A stretch of 32,521 nt of DNA from a virus. Within the stretch, counting starts at the first letter, position 1. Each line of letters begins with the position of its first letter. Below the pieces are notes generated by a model. It did no database searches. It was not told where the DNA came from and was given only the letters and a program-made list of their open reading frames with translations. Location of the stretch: the IMG/VR virus record IMGVR_UViG_3300045988_012636, positions 1 through 32,521 of that record; one strand, written 5' to 3'. The position numbers and the translations under genes are program-made. Positions 31,801 to 32,521 of the stretch are shown in pieces.

Positions 31801-32247
31801 TCAATTCAATTCCTTGACAGCCTCATTGGCTAGTTGTCGTTTACGTTTCCGCTTTGCCTCATACTGGGCGTATTTCTCGGGATGCTCCAACATCCAACGG
31901 CGATGGTATTCCGCCATCTCACGCTGATGGGCGGCGGCATACTTACGAGCCGAAGCCCGAGCCTGAGCCAAATGCTCCGACCGGTACCGGCGTGCATACT
32001 CATTGCGTTTCTCACGATTACGAGCGTTCCGCCGATTCGCCAGATCACGCAGATGCTGCGCATACTCGGGGTCGGTTCGACGCCGTTCCTTGACACGACA
32101 GTTCCGGCACATGCCATCCTTGCCGACCCGGCACATGTCACCGCACCAATCGCATTTCGGATGACGTTCAGTTATCAGGCCGGACAGTTCGCCGCCGTTC
32201 CGGCAATAATCGATGAACTCCTCATCGGTCATGTCATCAACGTTCAC
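31801..32247 (-). CDS. Cys-rich (CxxC...CxxC) protein with a highly basic helical C-terminus
   Basis: ..HPKCDWCGDMCRVGKDGMCRNCRVKERRR.. is followed by R/K/E/A-rich repeats. The likely GTG start at 32247 overlaps the upstream TGA as GTGA. The ORF track starts at 32253. Confidence 0.6.
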   Translation of the reverse strand: MNVDDMTDEEFIDYCRNGGELSGLITERHPKCDWCGDMCRVGKDGMCRNCRVKERRRTDPEYAQHLRDLANRRNARNREKRNEYARRYRSEHLAQARASARKYAAAHQREMAEYHRRWMLEHPEKYAQYEAKRKRKRQLANEAVKELN

Positions 32248-32372
32248 ATCCACACCTCCCCATTAGTGAACCTGCGGAACAACACAGGGTCGAGCTTGTA
32301 CAACGCCCGCCGAAACTGCGGGTCACGGCAGAACAGGATGAACAACAGGCTTACTGCTTCAGCGGTTCGCAT
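32244..32372 (-). CDS. Small hypothetical protein (42 aa)
   Basis: Hand-found ORF MRTAEAVSLLFILFCRDPQFRRALYKLDPVLFRRFTNGEVWM. An AAGGGAGG RBS lies 9 nt upstream and it overlaps the next gene as GTGA. Confidence 0.35.
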   Translation of the reverse strand: MRTAEAVSLLFILFCRDPQFRRALYKLDPVLFRRFTNGEVWM

Positions 32373-32499
32373 CGCGTCCAACCTCCCTTATCGTCCAGAA
32401 GCACTCAACTATCCGCAGTAGGGGGGGGTAGGTCACGTAATATGTGCCGACAACCTCTCCGCAGTTGGCGCATTCCACATACTTGATCGTCTTGCTCAT
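32359..32499 (-). CDS. Degenerate paralogue of the zinc-ribbon gene containing a C8 (G8 on plus) tract
   Basis: MSKTIKYVECANCGEVVGTYYVTYPPLLRIVECF... diverges from its paralogue exactly at the homopolymer (32421-32428). The second CxxC pair is lost. Its start is coupled to gene 30-344 across the contig junction. Confidence 0.45.
   Translation of the reverse strand: MSKTIKYVECANCGEVVGTYYVTYPPLLRIVECFWTIREVGRDANR
32421..32428. repeat. G8 homopolymer tract
   Basis: gtaGGGGGGGGtagg read directly from the sequence. It replaces the GCCCG-equivalent segment of the paralogue at 31701-31706. Confidence 0.9.
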
Positions 32500-32521
32500 T
32501 CGCTTACCGCCTTCCGCGCCA
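32467..32521. repeat. Terminal overlap copy 2, identical to 1-55
   Basis: 55/55 identity by hand alignment. Confidence 0.9.

Larger units (their letters stand above)
1..32521. mobile_element. Complete circularly closed tailed-phage genome (siphovirus-like); unit length 32466 bp
   Basis: Full set of phage modules is present: replication/recombination, terminase, portal, capsid, tail, tape measure, fibres, lysis. The 55-bp exact overlap between the two window ends closes the circle. Confidence 0.9.

Noticed and set aside
1-32521. tRNA, rRNA, tmRNA genes or CRISPR arrays
   Set aside because: Intergenic space is tiny apart from 1579-1737, 5353-5562 and a few gaps of 50-100 nt. None of these shows cloverleaf-compatible stems or repeat-spacer structure by eye. 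A tRNA scan would be needed for full certainty.

Overview
The window is a complete tailed-phage genome of siphovirus type. The first 55 bp (1-55) are identical to the last 55 bp (32467-32521), so this is a circularly closed contig with a 32,466-bp unit. No integrase, tRNA, rRNA or CRISPR array was seen. Strong AGGAGG-type ribosome-binding sites, a LysM-amidase endolysin and GC-rich hairpins without U-tails suggest a Gram-positive, possibly actinobacterial, host; this is inference only.

Transcription layout: two units diverge from an AT-rich switch at 1579-1737 and meet at a bidirectional terminator at 8804-8840.
- The plus-strand unit (1747-8795) carries a wHTH replication initiator with ori-like iterons inside its own gene, acidic early proteins, an Erf annealase plus YqaJ exonuclease, a glutaredoxin-like protein, membrane proteins, wHTH and XRE regulators, and an HNH endonuclease.
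- The minus-strand unit runs from 1578 down through the contig junction to 8920. It carries an Xis-like HTH, SSB, small zinc-ribbon proteins, RusA and TerS, then a ParB-like / DpdA / YhhQ insert, then TerL, a portal-MuF fusion, a Com-like zinc ribbon, a protease-capsid fusion, neck genes, major tail protein, chaperones, tape measure, Dit, Tal and fibres. The lysis cassette comes next and is followed by a further BppU-like fibre and an XkdX-like gene.

Most notable is a putative 7-deazaguanine DNA-modification module: a DpdA transglycosylase, a YhhQ precursor importer and a ParB-like protein, wedged between terS and terL, with no preQ0 biosynthesis genes anywhere in the genome.

Other points of interest:
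- Four reading-frame anomalies: a dpdA -1 shift at an A5 run, a +1 shift in a fibre gene, an in-frame TGA in an early gene, and a G8 tract in a duplicated zinc-ribbon gene.
- A family of three extended -10 promoters sharing a TATAAT-NN-ATATATCA core. Two of them carry a leader hairpin with a compensatory base change.
- Lambda-O-like iterons inside the initiator gene.

All functional calls come from reading motifs in the translations. No database search was run.
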